Source: Patescibacteria group bacterium UBA661
GTDB taxonomy: Bacteria > Patescibacteriota > Minisyncoccia > Phycocordibacterales > UBA918
Reading direction: 5' to 3'
Assembly (NCBI GenBank): GCA_002299465.1
Contig: DBNX01000014.1
Coordinates: forward strand, 19,052-83,051
DNA length: 64,000 bases
Every line of letters begins with the position of its first letter. The stretch's first letter is position 1. Positions 18,934 to 28,266 of the stretch are shown here, one piece after another. Both the position numbers and the translations under genes were made by a program. The notes beneath the pieces were generated by a model. That model had not been told where the DNA came from, did no database searches, and worked only from the letters and a program-made list of their open reading frames with translations.

Positions 18934-20043
18934 ATGAAAATTGGTTTTGTTGGCGGTGGTACAGGGGGGCATTTTTATCCGCTCATAGCAGTGGCAGAAG
19001 TGCTGATTGACTCTCCCCAAAAACCAGAATTGTACTATTTTGGTCCAGAGCCTTACGATGCCAGCTTACTTAAGCAGTGCGGTATTACTTTTGTATATTG
19101 TCCCGCTGGGAAATTACGTCTTTATTTTTCAATCCAAAACTTTTTTGATATATTTCGGAATTTTTTTGGGGTTTTCGTAGCTATTTGGAAGTTGTACTGT
19201 TTGTACCCAGATGTAATTTTTAGCAAAGGCGGTTACACAAGCGTACCAATTCTTATCGCCGCACGACTTTTGCGCATTCCGGTAGTGATTCACGAATCTG
19301 ACGCGGTACCCGGGCGGGCAAATTTGCTAGCTCGCAAATTTGCCCGCTACATCGCCATCTCCTACCCGGAAGCGGCTAAGCATTTCCCGACTGCCAAGAC
19401 CGCTCTCACTGGTATCCCGATTCGGAGAGAGCTTTTAACTCCAGACTCGGACCCCTTCAGCACCCTAGGAATACCCAATGATTTACCCTTGGTTTATGTG
19501 ACGGGTGGTTCTCTCGGGGCGGTGAGATTAAACAATGTCATACTAGAAACCCTAGATGAGTTATTACCAGTTTGTCGGGTTTACCACCAGACTGGTAAAG
19601 CTCATCTAGAGACAGTGCGTTTATCGGCACAAAGTTTTATTAAAGACAGCTCCCTCCAAGAGAGGTATTATTTGGTGGATACTCTACCGGTAGAAAAGGT
19701 TAACGCTCTTCTCACCGCGGCTTCCATTGTAATCACTCGAGCCGGTAGTACAACTTTGTTTGAAATTGGTATTCACGGTACACCCAGTATCATCATCCCG
19801 ATTCCTGAAGACATCAGTCGCGACCAGCGTAGTAACGCCTACGCCTTTGCTCGGAGTGGGGGAGCGACAGTAATTGAAGAACGCAATTTAAGTGATGTCT
19901 TGCTTACCGCGGAAATTCGTTCTATTATTGGCAACCCTGAACACTGGCGAGAAATGAGTGCTGCTGCCAAACAGTTTGTGCCACATGATGCCGCCGAAAA
20001 AATTGCGGCTAGTCTAATTCAGATTGGAATTGAACATGGATAA
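18934..20043 (+). CDS. murG: UDP-N-acetylglucosamine--N-acetylmuramyl-(pentapeptide) pyrophosphoryl-undecaprenol N-acetylglucosamine transferase
   Basis: GT28 N-terminus (GGGTGGHFYPLIAVAE) and C-terminal MurG domain; follows ftsW. Confidence 0.8.
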   Translation: MKIGFVGGGTGGHFYPLIAVAEVLIDSPQKPELYYFGPEPYDASLLKQCGITFVYCPAGKLRLYFSIQNFFDIFRNFFGVFVAIWKLYCLYPDVIFSKGGYTSVPILIAARLLRIPVVIHESDAVPGRANLLARKFARYIAISYPEAAKHFPTAKTALTGIPIRRELLTPDSDPFSTLGIPNDLPLVYVTGGSLGAVRLNNVILETLDELLPVCRVYHQTGKAHLETVRLSAQSFIKDSSLQERYYLVDTLPVEKVNALLTAASIVITRAGSTTLFEIGIHGTPSIIIPIPEDISRDQRSNAYAFARSGGATVIEERNLSDVLLTAEIRSIIGNPEHWREMSAAAKQFVPHDAAEKIAASLIQIGIEHG

Positions 20044-21508
20044 TAATCCGTCACCGACAAATAACAAAATCGTCACACGCTTTGCTCCGTCACCGACGGG
20101 TTTTATGCATATTGGGGGAGTCCGCACGGCTCTCTTTGCGTATCTTTACGCTCGCAAACAGGGTGGGAAATTCATTCTAAGAATTGAAGATACGGATAAA
20201 GCCCGAGAATTGGCTGGTTCGATTGCTCACATTCAAGAATCGCTACGTTGGCTTGGTATCAGTTGGGATTACGGTCCAGATAAACCTGGTCCTTTTGGTT
20301 CGTGTGTGCAATCAGAACGTTTGCCGAGTTATCGTGCCTGGGCAGAAAAATTAATCACGGCTGGATTTGCCTACCCTGACCCTTACACCGAAGAACAGGT
20401 TGCTGTTTTTCGTGAACAAGCCACCAAAGAAAACCGTCCGTTTTTATATCGTCAGCACCGTCCGTCTACTTTCGAAACTTGGGATGGCACCAAACCGCTT
20501 CGGCTTAAAGCCCCAGCCATTAAACGTTACCATTGGCACGATGTGACTCGGGGAGAATTGTCAGCCGGGGAAGAAATGGTGGATGATGTTGTGCTCATCA
20601 AGTCTGATGGTTATCCAACCTACAACTTCGCTCACATCATTGATGATTATGAAATGGGGGTAACGCACATTATGCGGGGCGATGAGTTTATCGCCAGTAC
20701 GCCTAAGTTTCTAAGCATCTACGATGCGCTCGGTTTTGCTTATCCGACTTTTGTGACCCTACCGCCAATCCTTCGCGATGACCGAACAAAAAAACTCGGC
20801 AAACGCGATGGTGCCAAAGACATTCTTGAATATCGCACGGAAGGTTATCTACCAGAAGCGATGGTTAATTTTTTGGCACTAATTGGCTGGAATCCGGGGA
20901 CTGATCAGGAATTGTTTACAACCGAGGAATTAATTGCGGCTTTTGATATAAGAAAAATTCAACGGGCGGGGGCGGCTTTTAACGAAACAAAACTTTTGTG
21001 GATGAATAAGCAACACTTACTACGCAAGTCCCAAGATGAGCAATTTTCTTATGTGCTAAACGCTTTACCACCAACCCTACTGGCGCAACCACAGTACTCC
21101 GAACAACGTCTAAAACGACTTCTACCAACTATTCTCGAGCGGGTGAGCGTGGCAGTGGAAGTTGCGGAGGCGTTCGCTGTGGGCGAATATGATTACGTAT
21201 TTGCTTCACCGGCATACGACCAGTCCCTCTTACGCTGGAAAAACGACACCTCGGTAGTGGCTGTCAAACCGCGTTTGGAGCACGCCAAAACACTACTTGT
21301 GACAGCTGATTTTTCTAATGCCGAAACCATTAAAGCCAGTCTGTGGCCATACACCGATGAAGTCGGTCGCGGTGAAATACTCTGGCCACTGCGCGTTGCT
21401 CTCTCTGGCAAGGAACGTTCACCAGACCCGTTTACATTGGCTTACATACTCGGTAAAGAGGAAACGCTGCTCCGAATTGAAAAGGCTTGTGCTAAAATAG
21501 GGGAATGA
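20024..21508 (+). CDS. gltX: glutamate--tRNA ligase
   Basis: Class I HIGH motif (PSPTGFMHIGGVRTALF) and KMSKS-like motif (KLGKRDG). Overlaps the murG 3' end by 20 nt. Confidence 0.9.
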   Translation: MELNMDNNPSPTNNKIVTRFAPSPTGFMHIGGVRTALFAYLYARKQGGKFILRIEDTDKARELAGSIAHIQESLRWLGISWDYGPDKPGPFGSCVQSERLPSYRAWAEKLITAGFAYPDPYTEEQVAVFREQATKENRPFLYRQHRPSTFETWDGTKPLRLKAPAIKRYHWHDVTRGELSAGEEMVDDVVLIKSDGYPTYNFAHIIDDYEMGVTHIMRGDEFIASTPKFLSIYDALGFAYPTFVTLPPILRDDRTKKLGKRDGAKDILEYRTEGYLPEAMVNFLALIGWNPGTDQELFTTEELIAAFDIRKIQRAGAAFNETKLLWMNKQHLLRKSQDEQFSYVLNALPPTLLAQPQYSEQRLKRLLPTILERVSVAVEVAEAFAVGEYDYVFASPAYDQSLLRWKNDTSVVAVKPRLEHAKTLLVTADFSNAETIKASLWPYTDEVGRGEILWPLRVALSGKERSPDPFTLAYILGKEETLLRIEKACAKIGE

Positions 21509-22830
21509 GGGTACAACGTCTCATTACGGTTTTTCTGTGTGGTCTCGTAACTTTACCGACAGTTACGTTTACTTGGTCGTATGCTTCGGCGCAAAGTCCT
21601 GATATTGCAAGTTTACAAAGAGACATCACCGAACGGGGTAGTCGTCTTTCCGAAATTGAAAGAGAAATTGAAAAATACAATCAGGAACTAAGAGTGGTGG
21701 GGGCTGAGAGACAGACCCTGCAGAGAGCTCTCGATCAACTTACTTTAGAACGGCGCCGCATTCAAGCTGAACTTTCGAGAACGCAAAATCTAATCGGCTC
21801 GACTGATCTCGAGATTAATAAATTAGCTTTAGAGATAAAGGAAGCTGAACAGTCTATTGAAATTAACGCCGCCGCTATCGCTCAGATAATTCGCTCTGAG
21901 TATAAATCGGGCGATGACACGATGGTGGAAATATTACTACAAAACAAGCGATTTTCGGATCTCTGGGACACGCTTGAAGCTAAAGAAAGAATTCGTAACA
22001 GCTTGACTGAAAAAGTAATTAGTTTAGGAGAATTTAGGCGGACACTGGAAACAAAACAGAATGAGACGAGAGCAAAAAGGGAAGATTTAGTCTCCTTAAG
22101 CAATCAATATTCCGACCAAAATCTTGTTCTCACCAATAACCAAAAGGAACGAAACAACTTACTTCAAGTAACAAAAAATGAGGAACGCCGCTACCAGCAA
22201 ATGTTGGCGGAAAGACGCGAGGCGCGCGATCAAGTCTTACAAGAGCTAAGGGATTACGAAAATCGACTTCAATTCATACTCGACCCCAAGACCATCCCGC
22301 CACTCGGTACTCAAGTGTTTGCTTGGCCGCTAAGAAATATAATAATCACACAGTATTTTGGCGGTACTGAATTTGCTCGTAGAAATCCTAGTGTTTATGC
22401 GGGTAGGCCTTTTCACCCGGGAGTTGATTTTGGTGCGCCGCGCGGCACCCCCATCCTCGCACCGCTAGCTGGTACTGTGCGTGACACGGGGAATACTGAC
22501 TTAGTGCCGGGGTGTTTTTCTTGGGGCAAATGGATACTGGTTGATCACGCTAATGGGCTCTCGACTCTCTATGCGCACTTAGATGTAATTAGCGTAAAAC
22601 CAGGACAAAGAGTGGCTACGGGCGAAATAATTGGCTATACCGGTAATACTGGGTTTTCTACGGGACCACACTTACATTTTACAGTTTATGTTAGATCGGG
22701 GGTCACTGTTAGACAATTTAACGAAATTAGAACAGTCACTAGTTGCGGTCCAGCCAAGACGCCAGTAGCCGCGACCACCGCCTACATTGATCCTCTGATG
22801 TACTTGCCGCCACCACCACGAAGAAATTAG
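21505..22830 (+). CDS. M23 (LytM) family metallopeptidase with N-terminal coiled coil (EnvC-like)
   Basis: Signal peptide, long coiled coil, and a C-terminal M23 domain (HPGVDF...GYTGNTGFSTGPHLHF). Overlaps gltX by 4 nt. Confidence 0.75.
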   Translation: MRVQRLITVFLCGLVTLPTVTFTWSYASAQSPDIASLQRDITERGSRLSEIEREIEKYNQELRVVGAERQTLQRALDQLTLERRRIQAELSRTQNLIGSTDLEINKLALEIKEAEQSIEINAAAIAQIIRSEYKSGDDTMVEILLQNKRFSDLWDTLEAKERIRNSLTEKVISLGEFRRTLETKQNETRAKREDLVSLSNQYSDQNLVLTNNQKERNNLLQVTKNEERRYQQMLAERREARDQVLQELRDYENRLQFILDPKTIPPLGTQVFAWPLRNIIITQYFGGTEFARRNPSVYAGRPFHPGVDFGAPRGTPILAPLAGTVRDTGNTDLVPGCFSWGKWILVDHANGLSTLYAHLDVISVKPGQRVATGEIIGYTGNTGFSTGPHLHFTVYVRSGVTVRQFNEIRTVTSCGPAKTPVAATTAYIDPLMYLPPPPRRN

Positions 22831-22953
22831 CTCGTTTTTTAACGTAAGTGTTTGTAAGTCTGTGGATAAGTCAGCTCTAGCTGGTGGATAAAATGTGCAA
22901 ATGGTTGTACTATAAAAGTGCGATGTTATGCATCGTAGGAACTTACCCTCACG

Positions 22954-22983
22954 GAAGCCCACTTCTGCCTAGAAGTGGGCTTC
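22954..22983 (+). terminator. 13-bp stem hairpin downstream of the M23 peptidase gene
   Basis: gaagcccacttct-gcct-agaagtgggcttc with no clear T-tract. Confidence 0.3.
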
Positions 22984-23012
22984 TAGGGCCCTAAAATGCA
23001 TATTAATACTAA

Positions 23013-23528
23013 TTGATTGTTATGAACGAAGGTCTCAGACCACAAGACGCTATTCTAAGTACTAAATTTGTCGATTATATCGAGGATAATCAAATAACCT
23101 CAAAAGAGTTGCGTGATGCCTATTATACTTTGTTGGATGTAATTGAAGAAAAACAGCCTGATCGAGTACAAGAATTAGTTACATATATGAACGTGATGTC
23201 AAAGCAAGGTTATCCTTTAAATCGTTTTGTAGAAACCATTTCTCAACTAGAGAGTTGGGAATACGCGGAGGCAGATTTTGCCGCCTATGTTGACAGTCTG
23301 CCGATAACGGATAAAGAAAAATCTCTATTGAAATCGATTCCAGAAAAATCAAGAAACGGGGAAGTTACGATTGCTCTAGATGATGAGCATGTAGCAAATA
23401 TCAAAATCGAAAACGCTTCCAAATTTGAAGGTTTTTATTTAGCGTTTTTAGAAGAAATACAGAAAGTTCTTACCAAAATAAACCCCAGTCCCCAAAACAA
23501 AGTTAGTTTTTGGTTTGAAGAAAAATGA
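23013..23528 (+). CDS. hypothetical protein
   Basis: 171-aa ORF with no recognisable motif. Confidence 0.4.
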   Translation: MIVMNEGLRPQDAILSTKFVDYIEDNQITSKELRDAYYTLLDVIEEKQPDRVQELVTYMNVMSKQGYPLNRFVETISQLESWEYAEADFAAYVDSLPITDKEKSLLKSIPEKSRNGEVTIALDDEHVANIKIENASKFEGFYLAFLEEIQKVLTKINPSPQNKVSFWFEEK

Positions 23529-23543
23529 CGTAAAATTTAAGCT

Positions 23544-24086
23544 ATGTCTTATTGCAAATATGTGGTCGAGTTAGCAGAAAACAATTTGCACAAAAACTAC
23601 CACGACACCCGCTATGGTTTTCCGTTGGCTGATGATAATGAGTTGTTTGGTCGGCTACTCTTAGAAATAAACCAAGCTGGTTTAAGCTGGGACATCATTC
23701 TTAAAAAAGAAGCCAACTTTAGAAAAGCGTATGATAACTTTGTGATTGCCAAGGTGGCTCGTTACGGTGAGAGAGAAATCTTTAGGCTGAGCAATGACGC
23801 TGGAATTATTCGTAATCATCTCAAAATTAAAGCCGCGATAAGCAACGCGCAAAGTATTTTAAAGTTACAGGCCGAATCTGGTTCTTTTGCTAATTGGTTA
23901 AAAAAACATCATCCTCAAAGCCGACTAGAGTGGACAAAATCATTCAAGCAAACTTTCAAATTCACGGGCGGTGAAATTGTTAACGAATTTTTAATGAGTA
24001 CTGGCTACCTGCCGGGGGCGCACGCGATAGATTGTCCAATCTATCAAAAAACAATAGAAGCCAAACCGGCTTGGGTGTCTAAATAA
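23544..24086 (+). CDS. tag: DNA-3-methyladenine glycosylase I
   Basis: Tag family motifs (HDTRYGFP, INQAGLSWDIILKKEANFRKAY, DAGIIRNHLKI). Confidence 0.75.
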   Translation: MSYCKYVVELAENNLHKNYHDTRYGFPLADDNELFGRLLLEINQAGLSWDIILKKEANFRKAYDNFVIAKVARYGEREIFRLSNDAGIIRNHLKIKAAISNAQSILKLQAESGSFANWLKKHHPQSRLEWTKSFKQTFKFTGGEIVNEFLMSTGYLPGAHAIDCPIYQKTIEAKPAWVSK

Positions 24087-24166
24087 AGACCACGCCCCTG
24101 GCTTTTTGTTGCTTACTAGTAACCGTAGATGCTACAATTAAACTATAAGTTAGACAAATTATTTTT

Positions 24167-24901
24167 ATGTCATTTATCTCTTCGGAACGTTCTCTAATTA
24201 GCGCTGCCGCTATTCTAGGTATAGCTTTTGTTATCGGTGTTTTAATTGCTAGCCACACTGCCTACACAATAAGAATCTCGCAAGACGTTATTGAGGTTAC
24301 TGGTTCAGCGCGCGTAGCGGTCACTTCTGACTTTGCGCGGTGGACTATAACAGCCGGTGTAAACACTGGTCTCCATGATAAAGCCGAAGGTTATGCAAGA
24401 TTGGAGGAAGCTAGTAAGCAAATCCTACAATACTTAAACGAGCGTGGTTATGACTTGGTTGAAACACCTATTCCAATGGCTTTTCCAAATTTCGTACACA
24501 GTGAGCAGGCGGGATCGGTGCAGACTGGTTACCAAATACAGCGGAATTTTGTTGTGCGAAGTGATGATGTGGCGGGGATACAAGCATTAGCCAGCAATAT
24601 AGTTCCGTTTACTGGCCCTCACCATAATATTATCAACAACTCACTAGAGCTGACTTACAAGAATCTACCCGAGACCAGGGTCACCTTGCTTACCGCCGCC
24701 ATCGCGGATGCGAAAGCTCGGGCGGAAGCTATCGCCAGAGAGAGTGGTAGGGAAGTGGGGGATTTGCGCACGGCTGCTAGTGGCGTGGTGCAAGTCTTAC
24801 CGGTCGGTGGAGTGGAGGTGTCTGATTTTGGGACTTACGACACTGCCAGTATGGAAAAAGAAGTGATGGTGACAGTGCGGGCTAAGTTTAGTCTAAATTA
24901 G
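24167..24901 (+). CDS. SIMPL (DUF541) domain protein, BP26-like
   Basis: N-terminal TM helix plus a SIMPL-like domain (TGSARVAVTSDFARWTITAGV...VVQVLPVG). Confidence 0.65.
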   Translation: MSFISSERSLISAAAILGIAFVIGVLIASHTAYTIRISQDVIEVTGSARVAVTSDFARWTITAGVNTGLHDKAEGYARLEEASKQILQYLNERGYDLVETPIPMAFPNFVHSEQAGSVQTGYQIQRNFVVRSDDVAGIQALASNIVPFTGPHHNIINNSLELTYKNLPETRVTLLTAAIADAKARAEAIARESGREVGDLRTAASGVVQVLPVGGVEVSDFGTYDTASMEKEVMVTVRAKFSLN

Positions 24902-24911
24902 TCAGATTCGC

Positions 24912-24947
24912 CCGCTGTAAAAAATGCTTAAGCATTTTTTACAGCGG
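24912..24947. terminator. perfect 36-nt palindrome (18-bp stem) between the SIMPL and SDR genes; candidate terminator or operator
   Basis: ccgctgtaaaaaatgctt|aagcattttttacagcgg with no mismatch. Confidence 0.5.
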
Positions 24948-25000
24948 ATGCTAGACTAGTTATGTCGAGGTGTTAGTACTTTTAAGTTCATTTTTATTTT

Positions 25001-25735
25001 ATGCAAAACAAAATTGCTCTAGTGACTGGTGCCGGACAGGGTATTGGTCGTAGCGTTGCTCAGCATTTAGCTGAGGCTGGTTGTCGGGTGGTTTTAACTG
25101 ATAGTAATCGGGAGCGGGTCGAGTTGGCGGCAGGGGAAATACGGGAAGCTGGTTACGAAGCAGTCGCTGCCTGTGGTGACGTTAGTAATCGCGAAGATGT
25201 TAAAGCGATGTTCGCCGCCTCCAGCGTTTTTGGCCCAGTTGAAATCTTGGTAAACAACGCTGGCATATTTCCATACATAAATTTTACTGAGCTCTCCGAG
25301 TGGGATTGGGAGAGAGTCCTTAAGGTTAATCTAAACTCTGTTTATCACTGTAGCCAAGAAGCTTTGTATTGTATGCCTAATGGTGGTCGCATAATTAACA
25401 TCTCATCGATCGCTAGTCATCTGGGGTTCGCAGGACTGACGCACTATTGTGCCGCTAAAAGTGGTGTTAATGGTTTTACCAGAGCGTTGGCACTGGAAGT
25501 AGCACACCGCGGCATAACGGTAAATACCATAGCGCCTGGCGCCATTGATACCCCGGGAGCAAATATGACAATGGACCAAACGGCTGAGAATGCTTTTCTT
25601 GCCAAAATACCACTCGGTCGTAAGGGTAGACCGGAAGAGATTGCTCAGGTGGTGGGTTTTTTGGCATCAGCGGAAGCTACTTACATAACCGGTCAGGTAA
25701 TTACTGTGGATGGCGGTTGGTCAATGGCCAGTTAA
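25001..25735 (+). CDS. SDR family oxidoreductase (FabG-like 3-oxoacyl reductase)
   Basis: TGAGQGIGRS Rossmann motif, NNAG, and the catalytic YxxxK (YCAAK). Confidence 0.8.
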   Translation: MQNKIALVTGAGQGIGRSVAQHLAEAGCRVVLTDSNRERVELAAGEIREAGYEAVAACGDVSNREDVKAMFAASSVFGPVEILVNNAGIFPYINFTELSEWDWERVLKVNLNSVYHCSQEALYCMPNGGRIINISSIASHLGFAGLTHYCAAKSGVNGFTRALALEVAHRGITVNTIAPGAIDTPGANMTMDQTAENAFLAKIPLGRKGRPEEIAQVVGFLASAEATYITGQVITVDGGWSMAS

Positions 25736-25738
25736 AAT

Positions 25739-25763
25739 AAACCACCGGCTGAGGCGGTGGTTT
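25739..25763. terminator. bidirectional hairpin terminator between convergent genes
   Basis: aaaccaccg-gctgagg-cggtggttt with flanking T/A runs. Confidence 0.55.
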
Positions 25764-25784
25764 GGATTTTGATTGCGGACTACT

Positions 25785-26138
25785 TCAAGTAGTTGTAGTT
25801 TTTTGCTTGAGGGCGGCGATTTGTTTTTTGATTTTTGCCACCGGTTTGGTGCGAGCCAGACTCTGGTTTCTGTTGAGGTAAAGGAAATATGGGCGTATTT
25901 TTCCGCCGCCTTCCTTTACATAAACACGCACATCTTGCTTGTGGTCAGAACGCTTGAGCTCAGCCACAAACCGTGACGGTACTTCGTAGACGCCATCAAC
26001 CAGATTGTCAGCAACGGTGATATTGAGGTGTTCTAGCGTAGCCGCTGAATCACCCTGATCATTAAACCATTCGGCGATAGCCTCGTTAGCGCTGGGACTA
26101 AGAGGCTTCACATAGAAAGAGTATTGGCGTGAAGACAT
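25785..26138 (-). CDS. hypothetical protein
   Basis: 117-aa ORF with a good SD (aggaagg) upstream of the ATG and a Lys-rich C-terminal tail. No family recognised. Confidence 0.4.
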   Translation of the reverse strand: MSSRQYSFYVKPLSPSANEAIAEWFNDQGDSAATLEHLNITVADNLVDGVYEVPSRFVAELKRSDHKQDVRVYVKEGGGKIRPYFLYLNRNQSLARTKPVAKIKKQIAALKQKTTTT

Positions 26139-26289
26139 GGTGGCACCTTCCTAGTTTGAAATGAAACAAAAAAGAACAAAAGAGCTAGAGAGAAAGAATA
26201 TCGAAATAACGGCAAATGTAAAGAGTTGTGTCTGTATAAAGTCAGACTATTAAAATGATTTAAGGTAACCTCTAATTTTTTATTTTTTA

Positions 26290-26310
26290 ATGTCGCACAA
26301 TATTTTGCAT
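26290..26310. repeat. left copy of an inverted palindromic element (atgtcgcacaatattttgcat)
   Basis: Reverse-complementary to 26708..26735 apart from a short indel. Confidence 0.5.
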
Positions 26311-26311
26311 A

Positions 26312-26321
26312 GGGGGGGGGG
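26312..26321. repeat. G10 homopolymer tract
   Basis: Ten consecutive G in a roughly 45% GC genome, about 175 nt upstream of the 25785..26138 start, followed by a G-rich stretch (gtagagttggtgggtgataggggcaagg). Confidence 0.9.
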
Positions 26322-26707
26322 TAGAGTTGGTGGGTGATAGGGGCAAGGTCGGTGCTGGACGTTTTAGTGTGCTTTTGCATTAGGTTAATTTTTGACACTG
26401 AACCAGCTAACGTTCCGGTTTGTACCCAAGACAACAATTTTTGTAAGTGCTCAGATAAAACCAAAATAGCCACAAAAATTTAGTTTGTCAGATTTTTTAA
26501 AACAAAAAGTAACCGTAGCAACTCTGCTGGTAGGAATAATTTTAAATGAGGTTTACTAGCTGTGAGCACGCCCGAGTTACTTAACAGGAGCGTAGCTTAC
26601 AAGAGCTTGTAAGGCTCAGGATACTAGATTAGGCGTACCGATCCCAACCCCTATAACTAACCCAGCCCAACTCCGGTAGTGTAGTGCCGACTTTAGATGT
26701 ATAGCTT

Positions 26708-26735
26708 ATGTCGCAAAAGATATATTGTGCGACAT
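26708..26735. repeat. right copy of the inverted element; itself a 28-nt hairpin (atgtcgca-aaagatatattg-tgcgacat)
   Basis: Self-complementary ends; its reverse complement matches 26290..26310. Confidence 0.5.
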
Positions 26736-26861
26736 CTATCTATTACTATGACTAAGCATTACGACATTATTTACCTAAAGCTAAAGCCTCCCCTTTCCCA
26801 CTCGTATCGCTCCTAAGCCGCGGCTGGCTCTTATAAAATTTTTGCGACGTTGCCATTCATA

Positions 26862-27632
26862 TCAAGTGCCAATAAAATCTCTAACCATATCCAGATAATT
26901 CTGTCTGTCGTTGGTCAGATAAATATTCCGAGTAGCTTGGCGTGTTAATTGCCCCTCTAATTCTGGGTGTCTGTAAAGATATTGTTGGAGTTTGTTTGGT
27001 ATAATTTCGTCTTGTGAAAATACACTTTCGCTGTCCCCCATTATTTCTCGAACTGGTTCTTTGAGTAGACTGTAATGGGTGCAACCTAGAATAACAGCCC
27101 GTGCTCCAGCGTCTCGCGCCGTCTTTGTCTCGGCGCTGATATTAGCAAATGCCTGGGCGATGTTCCCGGATTCAATTAACGGTACAATTTCTGGCAATGC
27201 TTTGCTTAGTAAAGACAGCTCTGCGTTTAACTTTGTTAATTCCCTCTGGTACTTACCAGAAGCAACTGTTCGCTTAGTGGCAAACAACATCACTGGTGTC
27301 AGTGCTTTATCCGCCAGCACCTCAACTGTCGGTATGATAACCCCCAGAATACGCCGCGTAGCATATTCACCTTGCAAAATGGTGTCTTGTAGGCGGCGCA
27401 GGGTTTCGGCTGAAGCCGTATTGCAAGCAATAATGACAAGTAGACAATCTTTGGCAAACAAATGCTCGACACCAATTTTGGTCAGTCGGAATATCTCTTC
27501 CTCTGGTTTGTTACCAAAAGGCAAATTAGCAGTGTCTCCATAAAACTCATAATCGTACTGAGGCAACTGCTTAGTTACCGCCTTTAGAATAAGCAACCCC
27601 CCTAGCCCCGAATCAAAGAAACCAATTTTCAT
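26862..27632 (-). CDS. murI: glutamate racemase
   Basis: GFFDSGLGGL N-terminus, the two catalytic Cys motifs (ACNTAS; GCTHY), 256 aa. Confidence 0.85.
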   Translation of the reverse strand: MKIGFFDSGLGGLLILKAVTKQLPQYDYEFYGDTANLPFGNKPEEEIFRLTKIGVEHLFAKDCLLVIIACNTASAETLRRLQDTILQGEYATRRILGVIIPTVEVLADKALTPVMLFATKRTVASGKYQRELTKLNAELSLLSKALPEIVPLIESGNIAQAFANISAETKTARDAGARAVILGCTHYSLLKEPVREIMGDSESVFSQDEIIPNKLQQYLYRHPELEGQLTRQATRNIYLTNDRQNYLDMVRDFIGT

Positions 27633-27638
27633 ACAGCT

Positions 27639-28154
27639 TTATGGGTTTGTTTCGGAAACTTTAGTTCGTGTAGCCGTGGGACCAGCAAGACGGACGTTTT
27701 TACTAGCCAGTTTAACAATGGCGTAGTACTGGGCTTTTGTTATCGGTATGACCGATAAGCGGTTCCCTTTTTTGATAAACGGCAAATCCGAAAATCGCTG
27801 GTCTGATTTTAAAGTTTCCAAAGAAACAATTTGTGAAAACTTATTAATATAACGCATAGTTGGTCCAAGCCACCGCGGGTTGTTTGGAGTCGATTTGGCG
27901 TCATAGTACTGGTGTCCAGGGATGAATTGTGTGGGGTCTGGTGCGGCTGCTTTTGCTACCACCATCTCCCCCACCACCCCGACATTCTTGGTACTGGAGT
28001 GGTAAAATAACGCCAGATCGCCGATTTTCATCTCGTCACGAAACATATTGCGAACTTGGTAATTACGCACCCCATCCCATAATGACAATCCGGCTCGTTT
28101 TAAGTCATCGATTCCAAATTCACTAGGTTCACTTTTCATTAGCCAATACCGCAT
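27639..28154 (-). CDS. EVE (PUA-like) domain protein
   Basis: MRYWLMKSEPSEF...WDGVRNYQVRNMFRDEMKIGDLALFYHS, the diagnostic EVE/DUF55 N-terminus. Confidence 0.7.
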   Translation of the reverse strand: MRYWLMKSEPSEFGIDDLKRAGLSLWDGVRNYQVRNMFRDEMKIGDLALFYHSSTKNVGVVGEMVVAKAAAPDPTQFIPGHQYYDAKSTPNNPRWLGPTMRYINKFSQIVSLETLKSDQRFSDLPFIKKGNRLSVIPITKAQYYAIVKLASKNVRLAGPTATRTKVSETNP

Positions 28155-28238
28155 AGATTTTGTTGTCAGATTTCTAGATTATACTATACAAAAAAGTTTC
28201 GCGGACTTTTCTCATTGTGTAATTGTCCCTGATAAAGT

Positions 28239-28264
28239 AAAAAGCACCCAAAGGGGTGCTTTTT
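28239..28264 (-). terminator. rho-independent terminator after the transglycosylase-like gene
   Basis: On the minus strand: aaaaagcaccc-cttt-gggtgcttttt followed by a T-run. Confidence 0.6.
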
Positions 28265-28266
28265 AC

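Noticed and set aside
22672-22962. 96-aa minus-strand ORF
   Set aside because: It overlaps the C-terminus of the well-supported M23 peptidase gene on the opposite strand and has no recognisable features.
26108-26473. 121-aa ORF on the minus strand spanning the G10 tract
   Set aside because: It runs through the homopolymer and inverted-repeat region. Its translation is low-complexity (LALLFFFVSF...) with no start context, so it is likely spurious. The region is treated as non-coding.
26139-26861. Possible RNase P RNA, tmRNA, SRP RNA or 5S rRNA in the long intergenic region
   Set aside because: None of the signatures was found: the P4 motif AGGAAAGUCCGGGC, the tmRNA tag-ORF and terminal GGUUCGA..CCACCA, or the SRP domain-IV GGAAGCAGC. 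A weak GGTAGTGT similarity to 5S is too short to count. It remains an unclassified non-coding region.
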